DNA of 64,000 nucleotides from Eledone cirrhosa (Eukaryota): NCBI GenBank assembly GCA_964016885.1, contig OZ024752.1, positions 39,122,001 to 39,186,000 of the forward strand, read 5' to 3'. Shown piece by piece: positions 26,081 to 40,300 of this stretch (position 1 is its first letter; each line of letters starts with the position of its first letter). The notes under the pieces were generated by a model. It saw only the letters and a program-made list of their open reading frames with translations, ran no database searches and was not told where the DNA came from. The position numbers and the translations under genes were made by a program.

Positions 26081-27589
26081 ATAGGTGGAGTTTAGGCTGC
26101 TCCTGATCAGTGTGTGGTATCAAAAAAACAAATCCTGCCAAATCAGTGGGTGGCAGTAGTTCCAGCTGCACGCATCGAAAGACTGGTGTAGTGGTTCTGA
26201 GAACAATGCGGCTTTGCAGATGACAATGGAAAGGCGCTCCCGCTCGAGTTAGAAGAGAACCATTGACTTTCAGGAGAAGCAGCGACCCCTGATTGTATTC
26301 AGCAACCGAAACAAATATGAAGTACACCAAATCCAATGCTCCTAGGGGTGGCCCTGGTTCTTCTTATTCGCGAGTGTAAACTCGGCCAGATTAGATTAGG
26401 TAATGTAAAAAGGTAGATGGTGACTAAAAAAAAATATACAACAACAAATATTTTAGGCGTCAAAAGGGTAAACACAGAGGAAGCCATTTCTGAAACTGCC
26501 GATATAGATGTTTCAAATATTGTAAAGTGAAATAGATGACAATCGTCACATCGCCCGAAATATCGTTTTAATTCCTTTTTTAACATACAGAAAAACAACT
26601 TCGTAAGAAGAACAAATTAAAAACAAAGGAAACAAGTATATTATATAAAAGAATATGTCAATACAAACTGACATTTAAATAAATATTTTCAAAGCAACTT
26701 TGCAACTTTTTAAACGATATCAGAAAATTAAACTCCAATATTGCCATCTCCCCCCCCCCTCTCTCTCTCTCTCGCTCTCTCTCTCTCTCTCGCTCTCTCT
26801 CTCTCCCTCTCTCTCTCTCCTGGGAAATAAACGTAGGCATTCAAAGTTATATCTTAAATACATTATTCCCTTTGAACACCATGAAAACATTTGATATGCA
26901 AACGAAGTCAAATATGATGGAATCATAGACAGTGTGTTCACTGAATATATAATTTTTATTTATACGTGGATTGGCAGTATCGGTAGAGGGTCGGACGCCA
27001 TGCTTTGCATCACAGAGTTACGTTCCTTTACGGACTAAGTTTAAACCTCGCCGAGCTTAGCTTTACCTTTCATCGTTACGGGGTCGATAGAATAAAGTAC
27101 CAGTAATGTACTGGTTAATTGCTGGCCTTGTGCCAAAAGTAGAAACAATTATTTACATATAAATTAACGATTTTATTTATTATATATTATTTACAATTTG
27201 CGTGTAGGCAGGTCTCTCTGGAAATAGGATTAGGAGGGGTGCTGAGGGTATTACGTGGCTGTGAGGGGTGAGGCAGTGGCTCAAAAAGTTTGAGAACATC
27301 TGGTCTATATAAACAAAACTCACGATATCACACGAGAGACATAGTCCCTCTACCATAACGGCGCAGTAGTGTCTTTACAAAGGAATCAACGATTTTCTCT
27401 GGAAAGATTTAAGACCGAAGTTGCTTTCACAGATCTAGAAGGAGATACTTTAAACGTAAATTGGTCTTTGAAAGTGCAAATTAAAAGGAAAGTGCTGAGA
27501 TATTTTCATCTATTAATCAATCATTCAATCTCTATCTTCCCAGTCTCCTACTCCTCTATTTCTCTCTCTATATATATATTTGTGTGTGA

Positions 27590-27638
<49 letters not shown>

Positions 27639-27687
27639 CATATACATATATATATATATATATATTCACACACATATAAATCTAATG

Positions 27688-28024
27688 GAGGCACATGGCT
27701 TAGTGGTTAGAGCATTGGCCTTGCAATCGAAAGGTTGTGAGTTCAATTCTCAGACCGGGTGATGTGTTGTTTCCTTGAGCAAGACATTTTATTTCACATT
27801 GCTCCAGTTTACTCAGCTGTAGAAATGAGATGGGGTCCATATCATTCCACTGCAAAGTGGTCGTGGAGGTGCCATGGCAAAAAAGCACCCAGCACTCACT
27901 GTAAATGAGGTTGGTGTTAGGAAGGGCATCCAGCTGTAGAAATCAAGCCACAGTCAGTTCCTGTCAAACCCTTGCAAGCAGGGAAAAAGCGGACATAAAA
28001 TGAAATGATGATGAATGATGATGA
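27688..28024 (+). mobile_element. Composite SINE: tRNA head, CORE-like block, V-like block and RTE-type (GAT)n tail
   Basis: tggcttagtggttagagc, gagttcaattc, ccttgagcaagac...actcagctgtagaaatg, ggaagggcatccagctgtagaaa; copies at 29158-29560 (+) and 54095-54428 (-), related at 35990-36290 (-). Confidence 0.85.
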
Positions 28025-28047
28025 TATACACACACATATAAATACAT

Positions 28048-28089
<42 letters not shown>

Positions 28090-28354
28090 ACATACATGCA
28101 TAAATACACACATATATATATATATTAATACTTTGTCTGATTTACTCGTTTTATTTACAATCCTTTAAAATTTATAATGGTATTAGAATGAAATAGTATG
28201 ATAGAATATTGAATGTTAAAGTGTTAATTGAACAAGTACTTTCATGCTTTCGCAATCTTCAGGTTCATATTCTGTGGTGACAGTCAAGTTTGCAATTTTC
28301 AATATAATCTTCTATACACAATCATACACACCCGTGTATATTTATTTATGTCCG

Positions 28355-28385
<31 letters not shown>

Positions 28386-28406
28386 ACACACATATATACA
28401 TGTATG

Positions 28407-28438
<32 letters not shown>

Positions 28439-28585
28439 AATACATATATAAATACACACACACACAAATGTATGTATATATAATATAAAATCATTTTATA
28501 TTATTTATACTCCAGTTCTATAAACTGTTGAGTGCTACTTATCCAATATTTGCATTGCTTTATTGTGCTACAATAAAACTCACCT

Positions 28586-28633
<48 letters not shown>

Positions 28634-28635
28634 TG

Positions 28636-28725
<90 letters not shown>

Positions 28726-28969
28726 GATATATATAGAGTGGAAGGGCTTAAATCAACAATTTATGTTTCAACATTTCCTACTTTGAAATAATTATTATTT
28801 AAGCGCCTAAAACTCTATGGGGTTCTTCATTGGCAATATTCAAATTTATCATAAATATGTTTAGAGTAGATTTTATATAACATTTCGTCCTGATCCACCT
28901 CCAGACAACAACCCACTATTTTAAATTGTTCTGTAGATTATAAATAATATTCTGTTATTGATTTTGCAG

Positions 28970-29026
28970 TAAAAGAGCTTCTACAAACCTCATGAAAATC
29001 CTACTGGACAATGCTGATAGGACAAG
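28970..29026 (+). CDS. Calcitonin-like precursor, second coding exon (propeptide; 57 nt, symmetric phase 2-2)
   Basis: Acceptor tctgttattgattttgcag|, donor AAG|gtcagc. In phase 2 it reads (T)KRASTNLMKILLDNADRT(R), stays open and supplies a KR dibasic site; in frame with both neighbours. Confidence 0.7.
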
Positions 29027-29741
29027 GTCAGCACTTATTTTCCTCGTATCACAATTGCAGTTTATTCAGAAGATAATTTTGATAGAGATTAACTTCGCTT
29101 TTCTTTCTCCAACACCCCCACCCCACCCTCTCTCTCTATATATATATCTATCTATTGAAGGCACATGGCTTAGTGGTTAGAGCATTGGGCTTGCAATCGA
29201 AAGGTTGTGAGTTCAATTATCGGACCGGGTGATGTGTTGTTTCCTTGAGCAAGACACTTTATTTCACATTTCTCCAGTTTACTCAGCTGTAGAAATGAGA
29301 TGATAGGGACTGGGGTCCCTATCATTCCACTGCAAAGTGGTCGTGGAGGGGCCACGGCAAAAAAGCACCCAGCACTCACTGTAAATGAGGTTGGTGTTAG
29401 GAAGGGCATCCAGCTGTAGAAATCAAACCAGAATCAGTTCCTGTATGAGCAAGACAAGGTCAGCCGACCGGACACTGCCCACAACAGGACAACCCGTCTA
29501 ACCCATGCTAACGGGGAAGACCGAACGTAAAACGGTGATGATGATGATGATAATGATGATATATATATATTTATATATTTATATATATATCATCATCATC
29601 ATCTTCGTTTAACATCCATTTTCCACGCTAGCATGGGTTAGACGATATATATATATACTATATATATATATACTGTATATATATATATATATACTGTATA
29701 TATATATATACTATATATATATATATATATACTGTATATAT

Positions 29742-29779
<38 letters not shown>

Positions 29780-29947
29780 CTATATATATATATATATATA
29801 CTATATATATATATATATATACTGTATATATATATATATATACTGTGTATATATATATACTGTATATATATATATATATATATATACTGTATATATATAT
29901 ATATATAGTATATATATATATATATATAGTATATATATATATATATA

Positions 29948-29985
<38 letters not shown>

Positions 29986-29989
29986 TGTG

Positions 29990-30021
<32 letters not shown>

Positions 30022-30139
30022 CTGTATATTAATAATAGTAAATTTGAAGACTAAAATCCAAAGAGGGCTCGATAAGGACAAATATATATCAAATATATAA
30101 GAACCGTAGAGCAAATATTTATTAAAATAACACATTAAA

Positions 30140-30188
30140 GTTTAAGCAAATAATCACTGCTTTCACCCTTAATGGGATCTTCTGAAAC
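30140..30188 (-). ncRNA. Degenerate hammerhead motif
   Basis: Minus strand: GUUU-CAGAAGA-UCCCauuaaGGGU-GAAAGCAG..UUGCU-U-AAAC; stems I and III intact, with U4A and a 10.1/11.1 mismatch. Confidence 0.4.
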
Positions 30189-30886
30189 TAAAAAAATCAA
30201 TCTGTGAACGCAGAAGTAAATATTTCGAAAAACGTTGCAGCCGAAGGAAGACACTTGGAGTATCGATGGGAAAACATCACTTGCTGTGTAGTTACTATGT
30301 TGATATTTATCTGTCTTTCACACACAGTCTCTCTTTCTCTCACTGTATTTCTCTCTCAACATTTCGTATGGGGAAAATAGTTTTGGTTTATGAATATTTC
30401 GAGTAACGAACTGCCTTCAGGAATGAATTAAGTTCATGAATTGAGGTTCCACTGTATGTGTACAATTGTAAACTGTGGTAAGGTCTATATGTTTTGTTCA
30501 TTTTATTTATCATGTACAGTGAATGCAGTGAATAGTTTTCTAGTTTTCTTACCAGCTTCTTCAATCCACTTAACTTCCAACTTATGTTAAATTGTAGTCT
30601 ATAACCAAGATAGGTTACAAATTTATAACTTTTATTTTGTTTTGGAATTGACTCCAGTTTTGAATATTTGAATATTTGACTGACTGTTTTTTTAAAATCT
30701 CAGTTTACAGTTGAAACTACTGTCTTTTACTAATCTTCCAAGTAAAATGTCACTGTCAAATTGATCCAAATCGGATGATTCTATTTAATACATCCTGTAG
30801 AATTGCCTCCATGATTTTTTTAATGCTTTATAATTCATATTCAGTCATTTAAAAAAATGATTTAATGAAATTCTATCTTTTACTAG

Positions 30887-31004
30887 AATAACTAAAAAAG
30901 GTTGCACTACAAATTTTGAACATCTCTGCAGCGCACAGGAAGCAACGGAATTAGCAGAACTCATAAGATTTCTACAAAGTGGGGAAGGACCTGGCAGAAA
31001 GTGA
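30887..31004 (+). CDS. Calcitonin-like precursor, mature-peptide exon: ITKK-GCTTNFEHLCSAQEATELAELIRFLQSGEGP-GRK-stop
   Basis: Acceptor ttctatcttttactag| at 30886. Dibasic KK, then a 31-aa peptide (30900-30992) with Cys2/Cys10, then Pro-Gly-Arg-Lys (amidation and cleavage) and TGA at 31002-31004. ATTAAA at 31062-31067. Matches calcitonin/DH31-family architecture. Confidence 0.88.
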
Positions 31005-31199
31005 GATGACCTACCTCCATAGATATGATTTATACCACTCACCGACAATGTTATTCTCCAGATTAAATGAAAGTTTCACCACAGATCATAATACTAAGAC
31101 TGTGTAAATGTGTTTAAATTATGAGCACATGTATATATACATGTGCTATGTATGTTTATATAAACATACATTCACATGTATCTATATATGTAGGTTTGT

Positions 31200-31302
31200 A
31201 AATATATATATATATATATATATATGTTTATATATATATATATTTATATGTTTATATATATATATATATGTTTATATATATATATATATTTATATATATG
31301 TT

Positions 31303-31365
<63 letters not shown>

Positions 31366-31426
31366 GTTTATATTTATATATATATGTTTATATATATATA
31401 TATTTATATATATATTATATATATAT

Positions 31427-31485
<59 letters not shown>

Positions 31486-31487
31486 TT

Positions 31488-31561
<74 letters not shown>

Positions 31562-31711
31562 ATTATATATATATATATTATATATATATATATATTATAT
31601 ATATATTATATATATATATATTATATAAATATATATATATTTTTTATCTATATATATATCTATAATATATATATCTATATATATATTATATATATAGATA
31701 GATATTTTATA

Positions 31712-31780
<69 letters not shown>

Positions 31781-31783
31781 ATA

Positions 31784-31834
<51 letters not shown>

Positions 31835-31950
31835 ATTATATATATATTATAATATATATATAATATAATATATATATATAATATATATATAAATATATAT
31901 ATATATTATATATATATATATGTTTATATATATTATACACATATATATTT
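31200..31950. repeat. Degenerate (TA)n array
   Basis: Seen directly; similar tracts at 28590-28735 and 29645-30030. Confidence 0.97.
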
Positions 31951-32140
31951 ATACATATGTGTGTATGTGTGTGTGCGTGTGTGTGTGTCTGTGTCTGTCT
32001 GCACATGTGCATATGAGTGTGTGTGTATGTAAACATATATACTTGGTGTCTATGTGTGTTCAATACAGTATCTTAATTGAGGTAAGATTTTAAGTGGATG
32101 TTTATGCAAAATAAACGATACACTATAAGGACTAGATCTG

Positions 32141-32177
<37 letters not shown>

Positions 32178-32415
32178 ATATATATATATTGAAATAATAT
32201 ATTGTTTTATTTTGCTATGTAATCAAAAGATATCAAATAATTTATCGAATAAATAATGAAATATATTAAATAAACAACAAAATGCTTGAAATGATGGACA
32301 ATCAAGTTATTAAGAAAAACCTGTTTTATTTTGGTTCAAATAAAATTATGAAAAAATCAAGGTCTAAAAAACCTGAACGCAATTCAACTATTATTATTAT
32401 TGTTTTTTTTTGGCA

Positions 32416-32416
<1 letters not shown>

Positions 32417-32453
<37 letters not shown>

Positions 32454-33040
32454 ACGTTTAACGTCCGTGTTCCACGCTTGCATGGGTTTGGACGGGGGTA
32501 GTCCCACTTGAGGCAAGAGTGATTGTCTTGCTCACATAGGACTGTCTGGCAGGTTTTCTACAGTTGGATGCCCTTCCTAATCATCATCATCATTTTATGT
32601 CCGCTTTTTTTTGCTTGTAAAGGTGGCAGAGCATCTCTCCATTCGTCATGGTGCTTCGTCATCTTTTTCTGTGAGCTTCAGTCGTCTGAGGTCAGCTCTC
32701 ACCACCTCTGTCCCTGTTTTTCATGGTCTTCCTCTACTGTGTCTTCCTTCCACTAGGATTTCTTGGCACTTCTTCACTCAGTGGTCATGTCATGTGCATC
32801 ACATGGCTATACCAATGCAGTCTTCTCTCCTGCACACTAAAGTTTATCCCTCTTATACACAGTTTCACTCTCAACTTGTCCATGCTTGGTCATTCTCGCA
32901 CATTGACATTGCACATCCAATAGAGCATGCTTGCTTCATTTCTCTCCAGCTGTTGCATATCCTCCACAGTTGCTGCTCATATCTCACTACCATGCAGCAT
33001 TGCACATCTCACACAGGCATCATATAACCGACCTTTTGGT
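32417..33040 (-). mobile_element. RTE LINE 3' fragments with (CAT)n tails
   Basis: Minus strand GRHSRGRP motif; tail homologous to 45180-45327. Confidence 0.75.
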
Positions 33041-33204
33041 TATATGATACACAATTTGTATAAAAGCTGCATTTCCATTTGGTTGTACACTGACTCTTCA
33101 TCATATTTCTTTTAGTGCCAGATACAATGGAAAATAGAGATAAATTGGGCAATCTCATTATGAATCCTTTCAAAATAATATTTCATGAAGATGTACATGT
33201 CCCT

Positions 33205-34330
33205 ATTATATTAGCTTTAGTTAAACTATATTTTAAGTATTTATACAGTAATATATTAGCTTTAGTTAAACTATATTTTCAAAATTAGTTAAAGTATATT
33301 TTAAGTATTTATACAATAATATATTAGCTATAGTTAAACTATATTTTAAGTATTTATACAGTAATATATTAGCTTTAGTTAAAGTATATATTAAGTATTT
33401 ATACAGTAATATGATAGCTTTAGTTAAACTATATATTAAGTATTTATACAGTAATATGATAGCTTTAGTTAAACTATATTTTAAGTATTTATACAGTAAT
33501 ATATTAGCTTTAGTTAAACTATATTTTAAGTATTTATACAGTAATATATTAGCTTTAGTTAAAGTATATATTAAGTATTTATACAGTAATATGATAGCTT
33601 TAGTTAAACTATATATTAAGTATTTATACAATATTATATTAGCTTTAGTTAAACTATATTTTAAGTATTTATACAGTAATATATTAGCTTTAGTTAAAGT
33701 ATATATTAAGTATTTATACAGTAATATGATAGCTTTAGTTAAACTATATATTAAGTATTTATACAATATTATATTAGCTTTAGTTAAACTATATTTTAAG
33801 TATTTATACAGTAATATATTAGCTTTAGTTAAAGTATATATTAAGTATTTATACAGTAATATGATAGCTTTAGTTAAACTATATATTAAGTATTTATACA
33901 ATATTATATTAGCTTTAGTTAAACTATATTTTAAGTATTTATACAGTAATATATTAGCTTTAGTTAAAGTATATATTAAGTATTTATACAGTAATATGAT
34001 AGCTTTAGTTAAACTATATATTAAGTATTTATACAATATTATATTAGCTTTAGTTAAACTATATTTTAAGTATTTATACAGTAATATATTAGCTTTAGTT
34101 AAAGTATATATTAAGTATTTATACAGTAATATGATAGCTTTAGTTAAACTATATATTAAGTATTTATACAATATTATATTAGCTTTAGTTAAACTATATT
34201 TTAAGTATTTATACAGTAATATATTAGCTTTAGTTAAACTATATATTAAGTATTTATACACTATTATATTAGCTTTAGTTAAACTATATTTTAAGTATTT
34301 ACATAGTAATATATTAGCTTTAGTTAAACT
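33205..34330. repeat. 45-bp AT-rich minisatellite with a 135-bp higher-order repeat
   Basis: Unit ttagctttagttaaactatattttaagtatttatacagtaatata; three variants alternate regularly about five times. Confidence 0.95.
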
Positions 34331-34732
34331 GTAAGCATAATAATTGTTTCTACTTTTGGCACAAGGCCAGCAATTATCCCAGTGTATTACTGGTACTTTA
34401 TTTTATCGACCCCGTAAGGATAAAAGGCAAAGTTAACCTCGGCAGGATTTGAACTCAGAGCATAAAGGGCCGTAATTCTTTGGTGCAAAGCATGGCGTTA
34501 TAGCCTCTACCGATACTGACAAAAGCATAATAATGTTGACAGTTGACTGTGATCTGTAGGATTATTATTTAATGAACATCAAACTTGACAGATGCAAGAA
34601 AAAAAATGTCTACCTCTGGATTTGAGGTCATACCACCTACTGGGAAATTTTTTCTGTTGCACAGTTCAATATTAAATAAATGAACACAGGGAACAGTTCG
34701 TCTTTTATAAACTCACAGGCAATTCTCTACAC

Positions 34733-35086
34733 CAGGGGTTCTCAAAGTGGGCACTCCCCCCCCCCTCTCCGGGGGATGTGTTGAGAAGGTCCAGAGGGTG
34801 GTAGGTGGGGGGTAGGGGGGTAGAGATGATATAATAGTATATTAAATATCAAATGATTCATATTATATATAAATATAGTAAAATAAAAAAATATGTAATA
34901 TTTATTTAGACATAGTATATAATATATTATTTATTATATATAAATTAACGATTTTATTTATTATATATTATTTACAATCTGTGTGTAGGCAGATCTCTCT
35001 GAAAATAGGATTGGGGGGGGGGGGGGGGCTGAAGGTATTACATGGCCATGAGGGGGGCAGTGGCTCAAGAAGTTTGAAAACCTCTG
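34733..35086. mobile_element. hAT-Charlie-like MITE
   Basis: TIRs CAGGGGTTCTCAAA / TTTGAAAACCTCTG; imperfect 8-bp TSD ctctacac/ccctaaac; partial copy at about 27155-27302. Confidence 0.8.
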
Positions 35087-37382
35087 CCCTAAACTATAGA
35101 GAATATTTCCAGTAGTTTATTTAATCTGTTAAATTTTATAAACAGGTGGTACCTGTTTGTAACTGAAGTGACTGAGTTATTTGAAAGTGAAATGTCTTGG
35201 TCAGGGATACCAAACAGTGTTAATTAAAATATACTCCCTATTGCCCCTACCCTTCCCAGAGCTGAGGGTTCTATAGTTGGGTCAATAACCAACAACCTCT
35301 CTAGTGTTGGGGCCACAAAAATGCATCCAGTACACTCCGTAATGGTGGTTGGTGACAGGCAGGGCACCCCACTGTAGAAACCATGCCTAAAAGGGTTGAG
35401 AGGACCCTTAGTGTTGGTGAGCTGCAAGATAAATGCACTGAGTACATGCTGTAAAATGGTTGGTTATAGGAAGGGCATCGAGTCATAGCAAGCTTGCCAA
35501 CCAAAGGGTTGGGAGGACCCTTTAGTTATGTTAAGGACATGACAGCTTCCCTAGTGCTGGTGATCTACACAATAAAAGCACCCAGTACATGCTGAAAAGT
35601 GATTGGTGTTGGGGAGGGTATTCAGCTGTAGAAAGCTTGGCAACCAAAGAGTTAGGAGGATCCTTCAGTTTGTGTCAAAATACACAACAACTTCACCTCT
35701 GCATTGAATATGACCGTATATAAATGGGATACAATACAAACCTCTCAGTCTTTCTGGGAGTTCAGTAGCCCTGCTTCAGTACTGACTTGGTCTATGTAAA
35801 CCAGAGAAAACAGACGTTAAATGATGATGATGATAATGATGATGACTGGCATCTCAGCTGGTTATCCAAGACCCCTATCCCTTTGGCCATTTACAATCTC
35901 CGCTTTCAAAACATGTTTCTCTTATTTTCCATACTTCCTTACTCATAAAATTACAAAACAGCTCAACAAAATGAAACCTAGAAATACTAAAAGATCTAAA
36001 GTCTGTCTCGAGGCCAGGTTTTCATTAGGCTGGAGGCTCATAAGGACGGTGCTTATCCTTGGTTTCCGTGGCATGAAACAACTGAATGTACAAGACCTAA
36101 TCCCGCCCCCCTGTCCAGGACACCAGTCCATCACAGGGTTAAACTCCCAGCTAATGCTGGTACTCATTTTCAACTGAGTATACTAGAGCAATGTGAAATG
36201 AAGTGTTTTGCTCAAGAACACAATGTACAACCCAGGAATTGATTCCATGAGATTATGATTATAAGTCCAACACCCTTACCACTAGGCCACTTTCTACCAG
36301 ATCTCATTAAAAGCATGTAATGAAGTAGAGTACGTTAACTGTTGAATATGTAGAGGACGGGAAGAAATAAGCACATTGTCTCTGGATACCTAGTCATACA
36401 ACACACAACTCAGTTCAGGAATTGGACCTACAACATTATGACCATAAGTAAGTCCAATACATTTACCATTACGCCACATGCCTCCTGTAACACTACATAA
36501 TATTTTATTCCCTTTATACTTCACCTTTGCTTTTAACAATTGATATATAATTATGAAGGCATCTGCCCATATTGCCTGATTTGACATTTACTATTTGAAA
36601 TAACTATCTATTATTTACTAATGGTTCTGGTGATGATATTCAAAGGGAAATATTTCACACAATTTTGGAATGTAGCAGTGAAATAATTAACTATGAATAA
36701 ATGAATAGATTAAACTGTAAGGAGAAGCCATGTTGCGAATCATTCGGTGTCATGTTTCCATTATTGAACTATAACGGTTGACGTTATCATCACTAATGCA
36801 TACTGATTTTTATCTATTAAACGAATTGATTAGTTTGGTAAACATTCAGTGTTTAATAGAGCTAGATAGAGAGAGAGAGAGAAAAACAAACAAACAAAAT
36901 AAGTGTTTACTGAAGAGTTGGATAAAACAATTGGTTGGCATGACAGAGTGAAACATATAAAGAAAAACTACAATTGTATGTAAAGGATGGCAGATAGAAG
37001 ACACACACACACATATATAATGTTATATCATCATCATCATCGTTTAACATCTATCTTCCACGCTAGCATGGGTTTAGATGGGAATTGTCCCACTTGAGGC
37101 AAGATTGGTTGTCTTACTCATATAGGACTGTCTGGCAGGTTTTCTACGGCTGGATGCCCTTCCTAACACCAACCACGTTTACAGTGTGGACTGGGAGGTT
37201 TTTACCGTGTTACCTACAAGGGTAGAGAAGTAAGCATGAATGTGTATGTGTAATATTAAAGAAATTGGAGAGGGAGTTTAGTCCATTAGGGAAACAAGAC
37301 CCAAAGCGGAAAATCAGACTGGTGCGCGAGGCCTGTGATCTGTGATGTAAAAGGAATAAGTGGGCAAAGAAAAAGAAGAAGA

Positions 37383-40300
37383 ATCCTACACCAACATCAC
37401 ATCCTACACCAACACCACACCCTACACCAACACCACATCCTACACCAACACCACATCATACCCTACACCAACATCACATCACATCCTACACCAACATCAC
37501 ATCCTACACCAGCACCACATCACATCCTACACCAACACTACATCACATCTACACCAACACCACATCATATCCTACACCAACATCACATCACATCCTACAC
37601 CAACATCACATCACATCACGTCCTACACCAACACCACATCCTACACCAACACCACATCACATCCTACACCAGCATCACACCCTACAACAACACCACATCA
37701 CACCCTACACCAATATCACATCACATCACACTCAACACCATATCACATCCTACACCAACAACACATCATACCCTACACCAACACCACATCATACCCTACA
37801 CCAACATCACATCACATCCTACACCAACATCACATCCTACACCATCACCACATCACATCCTACACCAACACCACATCATACCCTACACCAACACCACATC
37901 ATACCCTACACCAACATCACATCCTACAGCATATCACATCCTACACCAACACCACATCACATCCTACAGCACATCACATCCTACACCAACACCACATCAC
38001 ATCATACACCAACATCACATCCTGCACCAACACCACATCCTACACCAGCACCACATCACGTCCTACACCAACATCACATCACATCCTACACCAACACCAC
38101 ATCACATCCTACACCAACACCACACCCTACACCAACATCACATCACACCCTACACCAACACCACATCATATCCCAACACCACATCACATCCTACACCAAC
38201 ACCACATCATATCCCAACACCACATCACATCCTACACCAACACCACATCATATCCCAACACCACATCACATCCTACACCAACACCACATCACATCCTACA
38301 CCAACATCACATCACACCCTACACCAACACCACATCATATCCCAACACCACATCACATCCTACACCAACACCACATCACATCCTACACCAACACCACATC
38401 ACATCCTACACCAACATCACATCACACCCTACACCAACACCACATCATATCCTACACCAACACCACATCACACCCTACACCAACACCACATCATATCCCA
38501 ACACCACATCACATCCTACACCAACACCACATCATATCCCAACACCACATCACATCCTACACCAACACCACATCACATCCTACACCAACACCACATCACA
38601 CCCTACACCAACACCACATCATATCCCAACACCACATCACATCCTACACCAACACCACATCACATCCTACACCAACACCACATCACATCCTACACCAACA
38701 CCACATCAAACCCTACACCAACACCACATCATATCCCAACACCACATCACATCCTACACCAACACCACATCACACCCTACACCAATATAACATCACACCC
38801 AACACCACATCACACCCTACACCAACACCACATCACACCCTACACCAACACCACATCACACCCTACACCAACACCACATCACATCCTACACCAACACCAC
38901 ATCACACCCTACACCAACACCACATCACACCCTACACCAACACCACATCACATCCTACACCAACACCACATCACATCCTACACCAACACCACATCACACC
39001 CTACACCAACACCACATCACATCCTACACCAACACCACATCACATCCTACACCAACACCACATCACACCCTACACCAACACCACATCACATCCTACACCA
39101 ACACCACATCACATCCTACACCAACACCACATCACATCCTACACCAACACCACATCACATCCTACACCAACACCACATCACACCCTACACCAACACCACA
39201 TCACACCCTACACCAACACCACATCACACCCTACACCAACACCACATCACACCCTACACCAACATCACATCACACCCTACACCAACATCACATCACACCC
39301 TACACCAACACCACATCACATCCTACACCAACACCACATCACATCCTACACCAACACCACATCACACCCTACACCAACACCACATCACACCCTACACCAA
39401 CACCACATCACACCCTACACCAACACCACATCACACCCTACACCAACACCACATCACACCCTACACCAACACCACATCACACCCTACACCAACACCACAT
39501 CACATCCTACACCAACACCACATCACACCCTACACCAACACCACATCACATCCTACACCAACATCACATCACACCCTACACCAACATCACATCACACCCT
39601 ACACCAACACCACATCACACCCTACACCAACACCACATCACACCCTACACCAACACCACATCATATCCTACACCAGCATCACATTACACCCTACACCAAC
39701 ACCACATCACACCCTACACCAACACCACATCACACCCTACACCAACATCACATCACACCCTACACCAACACCACATCACACCCTACACCAACACCACATC
39801 ACACCCTACACCAACACCACATCATATCCTACACCAGCATCACATTACACCCTACACCAACACCACATCACACCCTACACCAACACCACATCACACCCTA
39901 CACCAACACCACATCACACCCTACACCAACACCACATCACACCCTACACCAACACCACATCACACCCTACACCAACATCACATCACACCCTACACCAACA
40001 TCACATCACACCCTACACCAACACCACATCACATCCTACACCAACACCACATCACATCCTACACCAACACCACATCACACCCTACACCAACACCACATCA
40101 CACCCTACACCAACACCACATCACACCCTACACCAACACCACATCACACCCTACACCAACACCACATCACACCCTACACCAACACCACATCACATCCTAC
40201 ACCAACACCACATCACACCCTACACCAACACCACATCACATCCTACACCAACATCACATCACACCCTACACCAACATCACATCACACCCTACACCAACAC

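Noticed and set aside
27433-27455. Possible 23-nt micro-exon (ttcacag|...AAC|gtaaat) encoding SRRRYFK
   Set aside because: It shifts phase 2 to phase 1, which is incompatible with the downstream exons; weak pyrimidine tract.
27688-27760. tRNA gene
   Set aside because: An A/B-box head of a multi-copy SINE that continues into the SINE body; I could not fold a complete cloverleaf.
32069-33150. Possible extra downstream exons (32069-32081 and from about 33116)
   Set aside because: Splice-like signals only, with no recognisable peptide; the precursor already ends normally at GRK-stop.
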